From Asterionella formosa (lineage: Eukaryota), in contig NKIB01012973.1 of assembly GCA_002256025.1 (NCBI GenBank), positions 46,562 to 66,561 on the forward strand: 20,000 nucleotides of DNA. The letters run 5' to 3'. Below the pieces are notes generated by a model. The model was not told the DNA's origin. It did not search any database and saw only the letters and a list, made by a program, of their open reading frames with translations. A program made the translations under genes and the position numbers. Of the stretch, positions 19,463 to 20,000 are shown one piece after another (positions within the stretch are counted from its first letter, which is position 1; each line of letters opens with the position of its first letter).

Positions 19463-19625
19463 GTTTAGGTTTCGGTAACCCTAAAAAACGATGCTAACGG
19501 GAGTGAAAAACCCAACGCAAACGCATTACGTTTAGGGGATTCCGTGCCCATATCCCAATAAGTTACCCAAACGCATTACGTTTAGGTTTTTTTTTCCCAA
19601 AGTTACCTAAACGTAGGATTCCATG
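19463..19625. repeat. Cluster of short direct and inverted repeats upstream of the 858-aa gene
   Basis: CAAACGCATTACGTTTAGG at 19518-19536 and 19568-19586. AGTTACCYAAACG at 19561 and 19601. Inverted GTTTAGG at 19463. Confidence 0.75.
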
Positions 19626-19757
19626 TTGACTACTTTGAATGTAGTCACTAGAAACCCAATAATTATCGTCGTAGAATCACTACATATAGGACGGAGCATA
19701 CCGGTATATAATAGCTATACGGTAAGTACTCTGTACCAGGGTACCACACTGGCGAGA

Positions 19758-19790
19758 ACAACAACAACAACAGCAACAGCAACAACAACA
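19758..19790 (+). repeat. Imperfect (ACA)n microsatellite
   Basis: 11 ACA/GCA triplets. Confidence 0.85.
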
Positions 19791-20000
19791 AATCATCGCA
19801 GCACTTTGGATCTACTTTCGAAGAAGTTACAATGACTATTACTCGACAATCAAATTAGACCTACTCAATTCACAAGCTAGAGCGTTGTACGATTGAAAAG
19901 GTCGCTTCAATTTGCCATCATCACATCCAGTATTGGTATAGCTAGAGATGTAATCATAAAGATCAAACTACAAAGCAAACGACATATTTACGCAGTGCTT

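Noticed and set aside
19463..19613. Telomere or interstitial telomeric array
   Set aside because: TTAGGG-like words are isolated, not tandem.

Overview
Eukaryotic window, most likely from a diatom or other secondary-red-plastid alga. This is inferred from an ASAF-type bipartite plastid presequence, a CoDi-like Ty1/copia fragment and compact, apparently intronless genes. Two convergent gene pairs flank an ~11.6 kb gene-free, AT-richer island (3160-14817). The left pair is a 5'-truncated NADPH-cytochrome P450 reductase-like diflavin reductase and a plastid-targeted Rubisco/aldolase LSMT-type SET methyltransferase. The right pair is an Esa1/Tip60-type MYST acetyltransferase and an unknown 858-aa single-pass membrane protein with seven amphipathic helical repeats. 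The island holds (i) a 997-bp TA-flanked DNA transposon derivative with perfect 25-bp TIRs; (ii) many TA-(CC..GG)-TA units that look like its excision footprints; (iii) a 2.2-kb nested, diverged inverted-repeat structure punctuated by TTAA sites; (iv) a tRNA-like Pol III A/B-box head; (v) several MITE-like hairpins; and (vi) a decayed copia RT-RNaseH fragment ending ~250 bp before the MYST start codon. All alignments were made by eye; no database searches were run.
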